From Callorhinchus milii (lineage: Eukaryota), in the NCBI RefSeq assembly GCF_018977255.1, contig NW_024704743.1, positions 73,286,001 through 73,350,000 of the forward strand: DNA of 64,000 nucleotides, read 5' to 3'. Under the pieces are notes generated by a model. That model had not been told where the DNA came from. It ran no database searches and saw only the letters and a program-made list of their open reading frames with translations. The position numbers and the translations under genes were made by a program. This document shows, one piece after another, positions 10,974 to 24,219 of the stretch. Every line of letters starts with the position of its first letter. Within the stretch, counting starts at the first letter, position 1.

Positions 10974-12556
10974 CATTGCCCTATTATTTACTGCAGTTAA
11001 CTTTAGATTTATGAAGGAAACGAGAGCTTATGAAGGCACAGACTTTGCCATTCGAGCCTCCTCCCTCTGAGGTCCTAGTGCCTGTTATATTGTTCCTTCT
11101 CAGTTTTGCCCATCCCGGGTGATAGATTCCTTGCCATTGCCTCAATGGTACCACAAACACTTGCTGCCTCTCACTCAGCCAATGGATCTCGCATGGCCAA
11201 TAACTTCACGGCCAACAGCTTTCGTGCCTCTCACAACCAGCCAATGGCCTTCACCACCTCTCATGTAGTTATACTCTCTCATGATTATAATTTTAAGCAT
11301 CTAGTTAGAAATCAACAAAGTTAATTGCAGCTGAGGCTTGTGAATCTGAACGTCATATAGTTGTAGGACTGTGATCTTAGGTCAATTGGTAGCACTCTTG
11401 CCTCTGAGTCAGACTTTTGAGATTTCAGTGGCTAGTCTATTCCTCCAAGTCCTACTTAGGAGCCAAGCTGACTGATCCATCAGCAACACTTGGAGCGCTG
11501 CAGACCCACCTTGCGCAGGAAGTGGAGTTCCAAGACTGGAACAAAGAATCGACTCGACTCTCACATTACCTCAGCTCCACTGCTTAGAGGAGGGTAGCCC
11601 TGGGTACCCTACCCCCTACCCAGGAGAACAAGTTAAAACATGTGGTCCTTCTGATAAGACATTAAACTAAGGTCATGTCTAACTGTTCTGGAAGCAATAT
11701 TTTATGAAAGTATTAAACTTGTCTTGTTTTTTGCTCTACTGTGTTTCTTATAAACATAATTATAAAGGACAAAATACTGTTAGGATTGCAGGGCTTTGTG
11801 CTGTAAAATGTTGATTTTAATTACTTTTAAATATAAATCTCATGCTTATGGCTGATGCACATGTCCGAATGCATTATCCAGCCATGCACAGCAAGCGCAC
11901 ACTGCTGAACAGATTCAAAAGTATGTTCTCCTGAAGTCATTTTGATATGCTGGCCAAATGCCAGAATTAACTTCACTCCAAATTCAGTGGCAGCAAAAAC
12001 AAATAGTGGTTGAGAAACTTTAATATAAAGTAATAATAATAATAATATAAAGTACTTACAGTACAGTACAGTATAAATCTGTTTCATGATAGAAAAAAGT
12101 CCCATGATTCAGCTTTGGCAAAATTGCATCCCTGCAGTGAAATGATAACAGCAAAAAAACTGGATTTGTGTTTCCTGGACTATAAAAAATTTCAGGTGCA
12201 AATCCGAATCACCAGTTCGGCACAACATGTTCCTGAACTAACCCACTGTGCCGCCAGTCTGCCTGGGATCTTAGTTTAATATTAAACAGAAATGCTAACA
12301 TCATGTTTTGAGGATTTCCCCCCCCCCCCCCCCCCGAGGTAAATCGTTTTAATATTGAAAAGAAATGCTAAGGTAATTTCATTTATCTGCAGTTAAAATA
12401 AAAGTTCTCGGCAATGCAGCGGGGTGTTTTTTGAACACAGACCTTGAGAAAGTTCCTGCAAATGGAGAGACTTGGAATTGACTTGGCCATTATTACATCC
12501 CGTAACAAAGAATAGTGAGCAACAAAAAATGTGATTGTTATATTTAACTGCATGAC

Positions 12557-12912
12557 AACATCAACAACTTGCAGTTGTATGGCCCCCTTCACACAGGACA
12601 GCGTCTTGGAGTGCTTGACAGTCTCGGAGCTTAACGCCAGGCTTGGGGGGGGGGGGGAGGAGGTGACCGTAAGCATGGTTGAAGAGGAAGGCCTTCAGTT
12701 GTGATCTAAAAGAGGGGAAGGAGGGGGCGATGTAAAGGGATTGGGGGAAAGAATTCCAAAGCTTCAGGGCTGAAAATGCAGCCACCGATGATGGAGAGGA
12801 GGGCTGAGAGACAAGTAGGAGCATTGAGCCAGCTAAGCAGACTAGGAAGATGTCAGGATGTCAAGTTGACGAGTTTTTATTTGTAGATGAGTGAGAGGAT
12901 CTTGAAATCGAT
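12557..12912 (-). mobile_element. Old L2 3' fragment
   Basis: Minus ORF AFSALKLWNSFPQSL...FRSQLKAFLFNHAY; (CAA)n tail on + strand. Confidence 0.8.
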
Positions 12913-13289
12913 GAAAAATATATAGTATGAAGAATGGACTTGTCCTATGCCGTTTCTGCTCATTTTAATAAAAGTCTCCTCCAACTACTGACTCATTCTA
13001 TCACAGTGATGGTCTGCTGTGATTATAAGCCTTGGTCATCCTATAGCATGACTGCTGGTTAGTCATGAAAGAAAACAGAAGAGATTTCAAATTGCTTGAT
13101 CTACATGATGATGGAGGGTAGTCACTGTAGCACAACTAGACTCCGTGCATCTGGTGATGTAACATAGCTTTGGAGCTTCCAATTTAAGGAATTTGAAATC
13201 GCAAAGAATTATTTTAAGGTTGCTATTCCACTGCAAGCTTGTTGGCTAAATACTAGACCTGTGAAACAAGTGCTGTACTTGGGTTGAGT

Positions 13290-13430
13290 TGAAAAAGATG
13301 CCTGCTAAATGGGAAATTGCTATGTTTCAAGTCTTCAATTTGAAAAGGGTCATACCTGAAACGTTAAACCTATCATTCTCTTAGATGCCGATGAACCCAC
13401 GTATATTTCAGAATTTTCTATTTTGATGTC
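13290..13430 (+). mobile_element. Degraded Penelope-like hammerhead element
   Basis: TGAAAAGGGTCATACCTGAAACGTTAA followed by a decayed arm similar to the 5735 copy. Confidence 0.45.
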
Positions 13431-16400
13431 CCAAATCCCTTATGTAAGATAGGGGGACCTTTAAGTACCTTGTCATGGTTGTACATGCATATTTATCGTA
13501 GAGCCAATTGCACTTAGGAATTCCTTGACTGTTTACCAGGTTATTGGAACTGGAGTTGCACCAACTAAAATATTGAAGTTGAAGGAAAGAAGCAAACAGT
13601 TTATAACAGAATCATTGTAAATATCTTGCTCCAATTTCAATAAACAAACTACCTCATAATTCACAGGATTTATTCTTTAATAACAAGAGATTGTTTTTCG
13701 TTTAATTTGATAGAAATTTGATATAGAATCAAATAACAACTACATGCCTTTAGCAACTTCCTGGCAACAGCATACAGAACATGGGAGATTCTTCAGCAGT
13801 TCTCTGTGCTCTGCCGTGTATGTTATGCAATGAAATTGCAGTCAGTCCCTCCTGAATACCTCAATGATTTAGATTTAATCTGAAATGAGGAAAGTCCTCC
13901 ATTGAAACAGAAGAACATATTTGCCACATCTGATTGCATTATCCAGCTCTTCCTTAGTGCACATATAACTCATTTACTACACATTAGACTTGTCAGTTCA
14001 CTTCGTATTGCTGACATAGCAGCAATCATGACTTCACAGGAGCAGGAAGCACAATAAGAAGAAAGACAAAGTGTCTTCTCTAAGAGTAAATTAAATAAAA
14101 ATAAATAAACAACATGCATTTGTACTGTCTCAGGTAAAATCTCAATTCTTAATCTATATTGGTTTATCGGTTCCTGTTACAATCATTAGGTATCACGGGC
14201 TGACTAATTCCCTCCATTAGTTTATCAATAATGTTTCACAAAGAAATCCACAACATGATGTTTGATGAAAGATCACGTAAATTATCAGAATGCGATCACA
14301 CCATCTGACAGACTCTTTATGCAATCCTTGCTGCAGAGATCATTCTCAGTTAATGCATGCTGCCAGTAAACAACTATTTTTATATCCTTCCACAAAGGGA
14401 AGTGAGCCTGGTTCTTTGGCAGCTTTTTCAAAATGACTGATGAGTAATGAGTTCGGAAGATCTGATCTGCACACACTCTGAGAGACACAGGAGCGAATAT
14501 CTAGATGTGTTTAATAGTGGAAAATCTATACATATGACTAATTTCAGATATTCAGAATGTGTATTTCATTATGCCTGTCTGTAAAGGATCTATAGTAGTT
14601 TAAAAGAACAGAATAGTCATTTTCATTCAGTAAAGATTGGATGGCTAGTATTTTGTTTTATTTTGGTGAAAAAATGATGATTGAATTACTGTAGGCAATA
14701 TTTTAATCTGAGCTCTGGGTTGCAATGCTGAGTTTTGCTGACGAATGCAATTAGTTGAATTGTTTTATTTATGGAAACTGGAGATAAAATAATGACAAAT
14801 TGTAGAATCTGAACACAAAGGTGCTTAACATAAAAAGGTATGCGTGTGGGGGAGGGGGGAAGGAGAAGGAGGGGAGATGGAGTGAAAGATGGAGGAGGAC
14901 TAGCAATGCACCAGAGTAGTTTCCTGCTACAGTTTCTAGTCTGTTGCCACAGTCCCCTTCGCTCCTAATCGCAGGTGGATAATTAATTAATATTGGTTTT
15001 AAGGAGGTTGGTTGGAATAGTGGATTTGAATTGACTGTCATTTTACGGTTCAAATCCAGATGGGTGGGATCAGTCTCCTCTCGCTCGATGGTTGTTCAGC
15101 TAAAGTAAATTTGGGTAGTCTAATTGCAGTCCCCAGCAGGTATTTGTTCATAGCACAAGACTGGCTGCTCACAGGTGGTTGAAGTTTCACGCTGGTGTGA
15201 ATATACCTAAATACACAGTCACTACACACTACAGAAAAACCCGTGAAGGGTTTTGAGGCATTTTGATGACGCAATAAGGCCCTGTATCAAATGCAAGGAT
15301 CATTATTATATCATTATTAATTGGCCTGAAATTGTAATAATCCTTGAATTTAATATAGCTCCTATAACATCAAAAGATTTCATAGGTAGTAGCTGACAAG
15401 TGTAGTGACTGTATGTATAGGCAAAAGTTCTGAATTAAGGTGCATGTTTGGGAGAAAATAGAGAGAACTGCATTTACAAGTGTGTTGCACCTGACTTGAG
15501 AATGCTTGGTGGTGACACTGAGTGAACAAAGTTGAAAAACAGTCTATTCTCTAACCTAAACTAACAGTTAATCAAAGAAATATTTCTGGCTTAATATTTA
15601 AATTTGACATATTTAATGGATTTCTACTTTGCTGAAGTACTGAATCCATCAATCCTCCCCCACCTCACCATCCATCTGAGAACCCAAACTTCCATATCTT
15701 TCACGTGAACTGACAGAAAATGAACAAAACAGTACAGAATATTTGAAAATTCATTCACAAATACTAATATGAGAAGATGTAGATCTCACTACTGACTAGG
15801 AGTTTGAAGTATTCTTTGATTTGCGTGGAAGATCATTCTGAGTGAAAGAACTGCTAATGGTCCTGCTCACCAATGAGATGCCCCCAGTATCATCCGAAAC
15901 ATCGTAATACACTTTTAGATTGTTACTTTGGATCAGTTGTAATGCAACAGATATCCTGAAGTTTTATTGCTGTCTTCTTCAATACATCTTCATTTCACAG
16001 ACTACGACAGATGGACCATATGCCGTTAGTATCCTGGCTATTCCCTGCTGGGCGCTTCTTCGTTGAATGGGAGAATGTTATTTCTAAATCTTTGTAAAGG
16101 ATGGTAACTGTCACCAATGGAGAAATCATTTTCCCCCACTCCTCCCCCATTCAAATTCAGTGGGGCAGACTAACCCTTTATTTAACACTGACTGTTCAAA
16201 GTGTTTACATTTTAAAGGCATTGTTAGTAATGTAATTGCAGTTGCTGCAAAATTTGGCAGAAAATGAGCTAATGAACATAAAGTCTACCTAATGAAAAAT
16301 ATATTCCGATTTTCATCTTGTTGGAGTCTCACCAGATTTGATGCCTAATTTTTAAATGACACCCTTCTGAAAATGAAAGATAATTTCTTCCTCCTACATA

Positions 16401-17032
16401 CTGTAAATAGCAGAGGACCAAATCATTACAAGGTACGATCCCAGCTGCCTTCTGATAAGCTTCATTAGACACAGTGAAAGGACGAGGAGGAAATAATGAC
16501 TATTAATGTGCGTTGCCATAGGCACAACTTAGCTTGTATTTGACAGGAGACATGGTCCAGTTCCTAAAATTTTAAATTATCTTTGGTCCTTCTGAGACCT
16601 GCAGATGTTGGTTACGATTATAACAGAACCGAGCTTTGCTTCAATTATTATGTGTGTTTACATTATGTAGGTTGTTGGTATCTTTTTTGGAGTGGAAAGA
16701 AACTACATATATCAAAAGGATAATTGAGTTTAAACAGCTGCATTATGAGCAGATTGAAATTTTCATCAACATTTCTACAATTTCCAATGTGATACCTAAT
16801 ATAACTGGAACGCCTCCTAAAGCATGATGCACAATCAGGTTTACCCTTTACATATACAAGGGGCTTAACTGGTACAGTGTGTGAACTATTCTTTTGAATC
16901 ATTTGAGGTATTATCTTGGAAGTAATTCATGATTGTGACATTCCTGGTTCTTGGTATTGTACTCACCTGCCCGCCCTTTGCTCAGCTGTCTCTGGCCTTA
17001 TAAAGTCATCGGCCCTCCGCTGCAACCATTTT

Positions 17033-17349
17033 GGAGTCCTGTAGCTCAGTGGTTAGAGCACTCGCTTTGCAAGTGAGAGACCTGAGTTCAATTCCAGGCA
17101 GGGCGAAACCTTGGGCAAGTTTCCTTACTCCACACGTCTAATAATAATCCCTCCAAAAAAAAGCAATAATAAATTGGTCATTTTCAATCCATGACTGTTT
17201 GTGGGACATTGTTGTGCGCAATTGGCTGCTGCGTTCGCCCACAAATATACAGTCAATTCACTTTACAGTATATTCTGTGAAGCGCTTTGAGACGTCTAGA
17301 GGACGTGAAAAGCCCTACGTCAAATGCAAGGATTATTATTATTATTATT
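17033..17349 (+). mobile_element. Young SINE subfamily A, full length
   Basis: Same tRNA head, Deu core and (TAT)n tail. Confidence 0.93.
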
Positions 17350-17351
17350 GG

Positions 17352-17582
17352 CAGCTGTGCTTTCAGCCAGTAAACCCCAGCTCTGGAACTTTTGCCTCAA
17401 TCCCTCTACCTCGTCGCCTCCTTGTTCATCTTCAGATCGCACCTGAAGAGGTATCTCTTCAACCGTGCCTATATAGTCATCTTCCCTCTCTCCCTGACAT
17501 GGCTTTAAGCTCTGCCAATGTTAAGCATTGCTAGATGCTACCCCATGCAAAAGGCACAATATAAATGCAAGTTATTGTTGTA
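17352..17582 (+). mobile_element. Old L2 3' fragment
   Basis: CTCTGGAACT...CTCTTCAACCGTGCCTAT...ATAAATGCAAGTTATTGTTG. Confidence 0.7.
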
Positions 17583-18056
17583 TTTGTATGTTTTATATAT
17601 ATATTGTATATACTGTGAAGGACGTATATCTTCTTTTCCGTTGTTCCATGCTTTGGTCTCCATGCACATGACTGCATTCTGTGGAGGTACACCTTGAGCT
17701 ACAAAGTGCACCATTATTGCATTCTGATACCCAATTAATGAATAACAGTGTTATTTAATCACTATATTTTAATGCAGAGTGGCAGCTGAGTTCTGTATTC
17801 TGCTCTTGATGGAGGACAGTGGACAAAGGGTTGATCAAACACTGCTATATTTGGGCAAATGTTTTGTTCAGGCAGATTTACTGTTTAAATGTACTGTTTT
17901 ATAGATATACTATTTTATTTTGCTCACAATTACAGTCAATCCACTTTACAATAAATACTGTGAAGCGCTTTGAGACGGCTTAATAATGGGATGAGGTATC
18001 AAACGCAAGGATTATTTTTATTAAAAGTGAAACCTATCTTTTAGTATCATTTAATA

Positions 18057-18345
18057 CAACAACAACTTGCATTTATATAGCACCCTTCATGTCTTGGAGT
18101 GCATCAGTATTGGAGTTGGACATTGAATAAGAGGGACTGGAGAGGTGACCACAGGGGCAGTCGGAGTTAGGTATTGAGATGGGATTTAAAAATAGAAAGA
18201 GAGGGGGTGAGGTGGAAGAATAGAGACAGGGAAATTCAGGTGCTGGGTGTGTAATGACTGAAGGCTGAGCCACCGATTGTGGCACAAAGTGGGCAGGGGA
18301 TGATACACAGAAAGCCTGTGTTAGTTGAGCAGACGGGGCAGGATG
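18057..18345 (-). mobile_element. Old L2 3' fragment
   Basis: CAACAACAACTTGCATTTATATAGCACC tail on + strand, followed by purine-rich L2 antisense. Confidence 0.6.
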
Positions 18346-21300
18346 GGAATGGGATAGGAGCAGAGCAAGTATTTTAGCCTCTGTAGAAGCATGGTACTTT
18401 ATTGAGTACCAAATTAAGTTAAAACGTCTCTTTGTGAACATGTGTTGGGGAAACCCTTCCTTTCAAAAAGTAATGGAGCCAAATGTTATTTTTCTTGTGA
18501 TGACATTACACATAAATGATGTGCTGCTGAATTTCAGTACCACCTATATCCTTGTATTGTGCCTTTATGAAGAGATGAAGTAGATTTACAAACTTTTCTT
18601 TGCATAGAGAAAACCTTTGCAAATACAGTAAATTATTTTCTGTGACCAATATCAGCTGCAGAAATGAGCACCTTTAAGTGTGCTTACTATGCTTACTTCT
18701 CCCTTTTGAAAAGCAACACTTTATAAGAAGCAGTTTGTAAAATATGTTTGCAATTGCTGAACTTACCTGAATTATACTTCTGAGCCAACTGAACACAATA
18801 TGAGAGTATACCCAATTGCTGGTTTAGAATACTCCCAATAATGGCAGCTGTGAATTCATGCCTACAGAAATTATTTTTTTCAAGATTAATACAACAATTA
18901 AAATGCATTTCACATATATAAAAAAACGTACAGCCAAAAGAACATCAGAAAAGTAAGGATGGGAAAAGGCCATTTGACCCATTGAAGCACATTCCTCTGG
19001 TACATTAACTTTCTCATCACTGTGGCTAATTGCATTTTAAATAACTGCAATGGGTTTTGCTTCAATTACTTCAATAAGATTATTCCAAACAATGATCATG
19101 ACTTCAATAAAGACTTTTTTTCATCTCCTTGCCTATCCTAAATGTATTCTTCATTAATTTCTATTTAATTATAGTCCTACATCCTTCAGTTATATTAAAA
19201 TAGTAGTCTCATTTTCCTTTATAGGTGTTGTTTATTATGTCATATAGTTTGTGGAGATTCATCAAAAACTACCTTCTTTCTTAAAGCTTACAACAACAAC
19301 AACAAGATTCCATTTATAAAGCGCCTTTCACGTCAGGAGGACGTCCCAAGGCGCTGCACAGTTGGGTCATGACCCGAGCAGGCTTAAGCCTCTTCTATCT
19401 TTTTTCATAGCTCATCTCCTTTGGTGCTTTCTGTCACTTTGCTGATGGAAGTCTGAAGGATCAGTTTGATAAAAGATCAATGACTAAGACTTTTCAGTCA
19501 GTATCATTACACCCAAATAAAGTGAAGCGAATGTAATACAATTTATATTTTTATAGCATCTTTCACTTTGGTAGGATGTCTCAAAGAGCTTAATGGAAGC
19601 ATAAGCAAGGAAATATTGTGAACATAATGTATCAATGGGGTAAATATTGTGAACATAAGTATTGCTAGCAGGACTTTACAGGAAAATAAAATCATATTTT
19701 GAGATGAAAAATATTCACATTGCGAAAATGTTAATCCAAACCAGTATTTAACTATTGACCAATTTGGGGTATGACTTTGAGCTGAAAGTTAGTTTCATAT
19801 GAAGATAGAAGATAGTTACACAATATGTGAAAAATATTTCCTCCGAAAGTTTTTTTAGCCCTATTGTTTTTAATGAATACATCAGCAACTCTTGAAAAGT
19901 TGTTTTTGCAAAATATGAGTAATGGTTATTTGGATTTTGTGTTTCTTGGTGTGTGAGTCATTGAATACGTTCAGGATGAAATGGAACATTTAAAAAAAGC
20001 ATGAAAAAAGGAGGAGGGACTGAGAAGCACATTTCCGACCAGTTTCTGCTCTCTGAATCCACTGAATCTTGATGATCTGCTCTTTCATAGGTATTCATCA
20101 GAAACACACAGTTTACATCATAGTTTCTTTTGATGGTGGGAAGTCATAGGTGCAATGATTAATTCTGTGTGAATCAAACGGCAGTAAGTGAATTCAATTT
20201 ATTATAATTTGTTATAATTTAATAATTATCGAATAATATTATTTTTGTAGGGTGATTTTCCTGTGGTAAGAACTAAATAGATGAGTTAACATTTTTGTTG
20301 AACAAATACAGTTCAGAAAAGTCTATTTAAAACTTTGCAACAACAAAGTCATTGCGTTCGAAAACTTTTGCTGTATTCTGTGAGCTCCATCCGAATAGGT
20401 TAATATTATTTGGCCGTTTCCTGGAAATATTCTTGAGCAAAACAGTCATGCAATAAAATGTCATGGCATTTATATTGTTGACATGTACAATTCATATTGA
20501 AGAAGAGATCTGCTAAATTTTGAAAAGATATACTTAATGTATAACATTTGAGGTAAAATTCCACCTGTGCCTAGATTTAAGATTTTGTTTCACTCACAAC
20601 ATACACAGTCAATCCACTTAACAGTGTATCCTGTGAAGCAGGTTGAGACCTGTCGAAGATGTGATAAGGTGCTGGATCAACTGCAAGGATTATTACTATA
20701 TTTGTAGAATTTCAGATTTGACAAATTGTTGCAAACAGTTTTAAATTTAAAGCCATTTTTCCTAGTTCTTAAAATAAATTGAGGGAAAGGCTTTAAAAAC
20801 ATTAAAGGCTGCATTTAAAAATTTGCTCAGAAATCTTGTCCAAAGTGGAATCTCTACGCCATAATCTATAAGCTATAAATAAATTGGTTCTCACTTACAC
20901 TAAAAATATTTTATTTTAATAAGAAATGCTACAGAAAATGACAGTGTGAATTGAAGAGTTAAATTGGTTCAGAATTGTGTTTATTGCAGCTGCAACTTGT
21001 TGATGTAATGGTCCTGCATTTCTTTAATCAAGATCAGCTCATGGGTACCGTACTCAAGTACTGTCCCAGCTTGTTTAAAACAGCCTGTAAACAACTCTCA
21101 GGTGGGTGAGAACATGCAAATTCGCACAGACCATCCAAAAAAAAGGCAATTATAAAAGAGGATGAGCTAAGCTACACTTTGTTCAGTTAGAATTATTCAG
21201 TTTGGACTGGGTTGCTGAGTACATCTTTCACTCGAAACAATTCGACCTCGATTGTTCCAGCATTTGCAGTGATTCATTAGAAGAAAATGACAAAGTAGGG

Positions 21301-22189
21301 AGAAGAATTGTCCAGTCGTGGTGTTCGGACTGCGAACCGAACCATTGATTCCAGGAATATTAGAAGAAAGTATCATGGTGTTCCCTCTGTGGGCCAAACC
21401 ATCGATTCCAGTAAAAGAAGACAACGACATTGATCCTCATAATAGAAGAAAGTTAAGAGAAGAAAAAAAAACATACAAGAAACAAGATATAACACATTGA
21501 GACCTTTGGATCTTTGATTCAACGCCCACTATTAGCAGCACAACGAGGCAATTAATTCCGTTACTGCTTATACCTTCAAACTAACCCAAACAAGAGATCT
21601 TGAGACTTCTTCTGAAGCAAGAGATCTTTAGGTGTTTTGTCGACTGCTTATAAAGCTTATAAATTTACAAACTTTGATATCTGTCAGTACAGTAACATTG
21701 CTGTACAGTGAGCATAGCAGTCAATATTGTTGGTAGTAACTTGCCTTTTGTAACTGAGTTTATTGAACTAATGCAACTTTCCTGTCTTAATAAATAAATA
21801 AATAAACTTTGAATATAAATACAAGTGACTTTGGTTCCTCTGTTCATGGGTCCTTATATATAAATTCCAGCAAAGAGAAAAAGCTGTTTTTTAACAGAGT
21901 GATTAACTCCATTACTAACTGCTTTTAAACCCAACACTAGTGCTGAACCAATTGCTTAGTGTTTGTTGCTTGGTGCTGCAATTCAAAATTCTTTTAAGGA
22001 AATTCTTACATTAAAATGTCCATACAATTCATGTAAGATTTCATCTTCTGTGATCTAGTACTGCACAATTTCTGTTTTTAAGTAATGTGTTTTTTCAGAT
22101 GCACAACCCTCAATATTTGGTTGTTCATCTAATTTGTGGTATTATTAACAGAATTCCTTGATAAGGATTGTGATTCTCACAAACAAGGA

Positions 22190-24219
22190 CATCTCCTCTG
22201 GCTCCCGGACCATCTCGTGGGGCGTTCCTCAGGGCTCTGTCCTTGGTCCCCTCCTCTTCAACATCTATATGCTCCCTCTTGGTGATATCATCCGCAGACA
22301 TGGAGTCAACTTCCAAATGTATGCGAATGACACCCAACTGTACCTCTCTGCCTCCACCCTTGACTCCAGGACCACTGCTGTCCCGTTAGAATGTCTGTCA
22401 GACAACAAGTCCTGGTTGAGAGCTAACTTTCTTCAGTTGAACGTCAACAAGACCGAGGCTCTCCTGATTGGATCCCGTCAGCGCCTCCTCACCTCAGGCA
22501 CTGACAGCATCACCATCCATGGTTGCACACTCCACCTTGATAAGCCAGTCTGGGACCTTGGGGTCTTGTTTGACCCTCAACTATCCTTTCTACTCAACAT
22601 CTGTGCCATGATCTGCTCTATCTTCCCCCACCTCTGCAACATCGCCCGGCTCCGCCACTGTCTCACACCACAGGCTGCCGAAACCCGCATACGCATCTTT
22701 GTTACATCGAGGCTCAACTATGCACACTCACTGCTTGTCGGCCTCCCCAACTCCTCCCTCCACAGGCTGCAGATCATCCAGAACTCTGCAGCCCGTGTCC
22801 TCTCCCGCACTAGGCTCCACGGCCCTATCACCCCCCATCCTCGCCCAACTCCACTGGCTTCCCATCACACAGAAGATACAGTTCAAGATCCTGGCCCTCA
22901 CCTTCAAAGCCCTCCTCAGTCTTGCTCCCCCCTACCTCTCCAACCTCCTAACCCTCTACTACCCTGTTTGCTCCCTCCGCTCAGCAGGCTCCGGCCGGCT
23001 TTGTTAGAATATACACTTTTTGTATACTGCTAGAATCATAATAGATGTTGTGAATGGGTTAACTTTTAAGTTAAGTGTGGGGGACAACTGGACTGACAGT
23101 CATGGGATAGGACTCATCTGGTTTTCTCTGTTTTTGAAAGAATAACAGACAGCGGCAGGGGGTCACCTCTTATCAGTAAATGACAACACGCCCACAGAGG
23201 TAACGGTCCAAGGTACCGGTCGACACAGGATCTCAACTGAGCAATAAGTGCTAGATTTTGACAGGGACTGCCAAGCAACAGAATAGCAATTAATGAGCAA
23301 GTTGCTTAAACTAGAGGGCCTTGGTACCATCCCGGGATACTGATAAGAAATAACCAGTCACTTAAAAGGAATGTACTAATGATCCCACACCACAAAATAA
23401 CAAGCATCAGATAACAGGGGTCTTAAGGACAATGTGTATGTGTGCTGAGGCACGTACACCCCATGAGGTGTTCACGTGAACCCAGCATGATTTCGACCGG
23501 GTGATCTAATGTCCGCACCATGATTGGACAAACATTGGTATAAGAGTTCTGATAACTTTGTGTACGGGGCCGTCGCGGAGACAAGGATACGGGAGATGGG
23601 GCCATCCCGGGCTGTGGAGACAAGGGTACGGGAGATGGAAGACTGAGGATATCAGATGGAAGATTGAAAGCTGTAAGCAAGAAGACTGAAAGCATGAAGA
23701 ATCAAGCTTGTGTGCTGGAAAGACACAGTGTTGAAGTCTTGAACTCGAGATATCTATAGTGGTGTTATTCTGTTATAAGATCTGTTGATAGTACCGGCCT
23801 TTGGTCTGACCCATCGGGATATTGGGGAATAATGAACAAATAATAATAAAACAGTTTGATATCTGGTTAGAGGAATTAGCGTTATTTCCTTACAGATTTG
23901 GCTGATTTTATTTTCTAACAGCTTCACGTTCCCCCGCCTTGCTCACCCCACTATCGGTGGGCGGGTCTTCTGCCACTCTGCTCCCACCCTCTGGAACTCC
24001 ATCCCATTGTCCCTCTGTCTCACCCCCTCCCTCCCACCTTCAAGACCCATTTCAAGACCCTGCTCTTCGACTGTGCTTTCGATCTCCCTGCTTCCCCCTC
24101 TGCCCCTCACCCTCCCCCACCCCGACCATCAGCTAGGGGTCCGTATCTCTGTCTGTCCAGCGCCTTGGGATGTCCTCCCGACGTGAAAGGCGCTTTACAA
24201 ATGTAATTTTGTTGTTGTT
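22190..24219 (+). mobile_element. L2 LINE, 5'-truncated RT region, split by a solo LTR at 23002-23920
   Basis: [17 protein letters not shown]...[10 protein letters not shown] (YADD motif mutated)...[10 protein letters not shown]2 sequence resumes at 23921 and ends in a stem-loop and (TTG)n. Confidence 0.95.
23002..23920 (+). mobile_element. Solo LTR (ERV- or Gypsy-type)
   Basis: Termini TGTTAGAA...TTCTAACA are inverted; 4-bp TSD GCTT (22998-23001, 23921-23924); ATTGG x2 and TATAAG near 23523-23544; AATAAA at 23845. Confidence 0.9.

Noticed and set aside
22158..23033. 291-aa ORF as a functional reverse transcriptase
   Set aside because: 5'-truncated, catalytic YADD changed to YAND, frameshifted and interrupted by an LTR.
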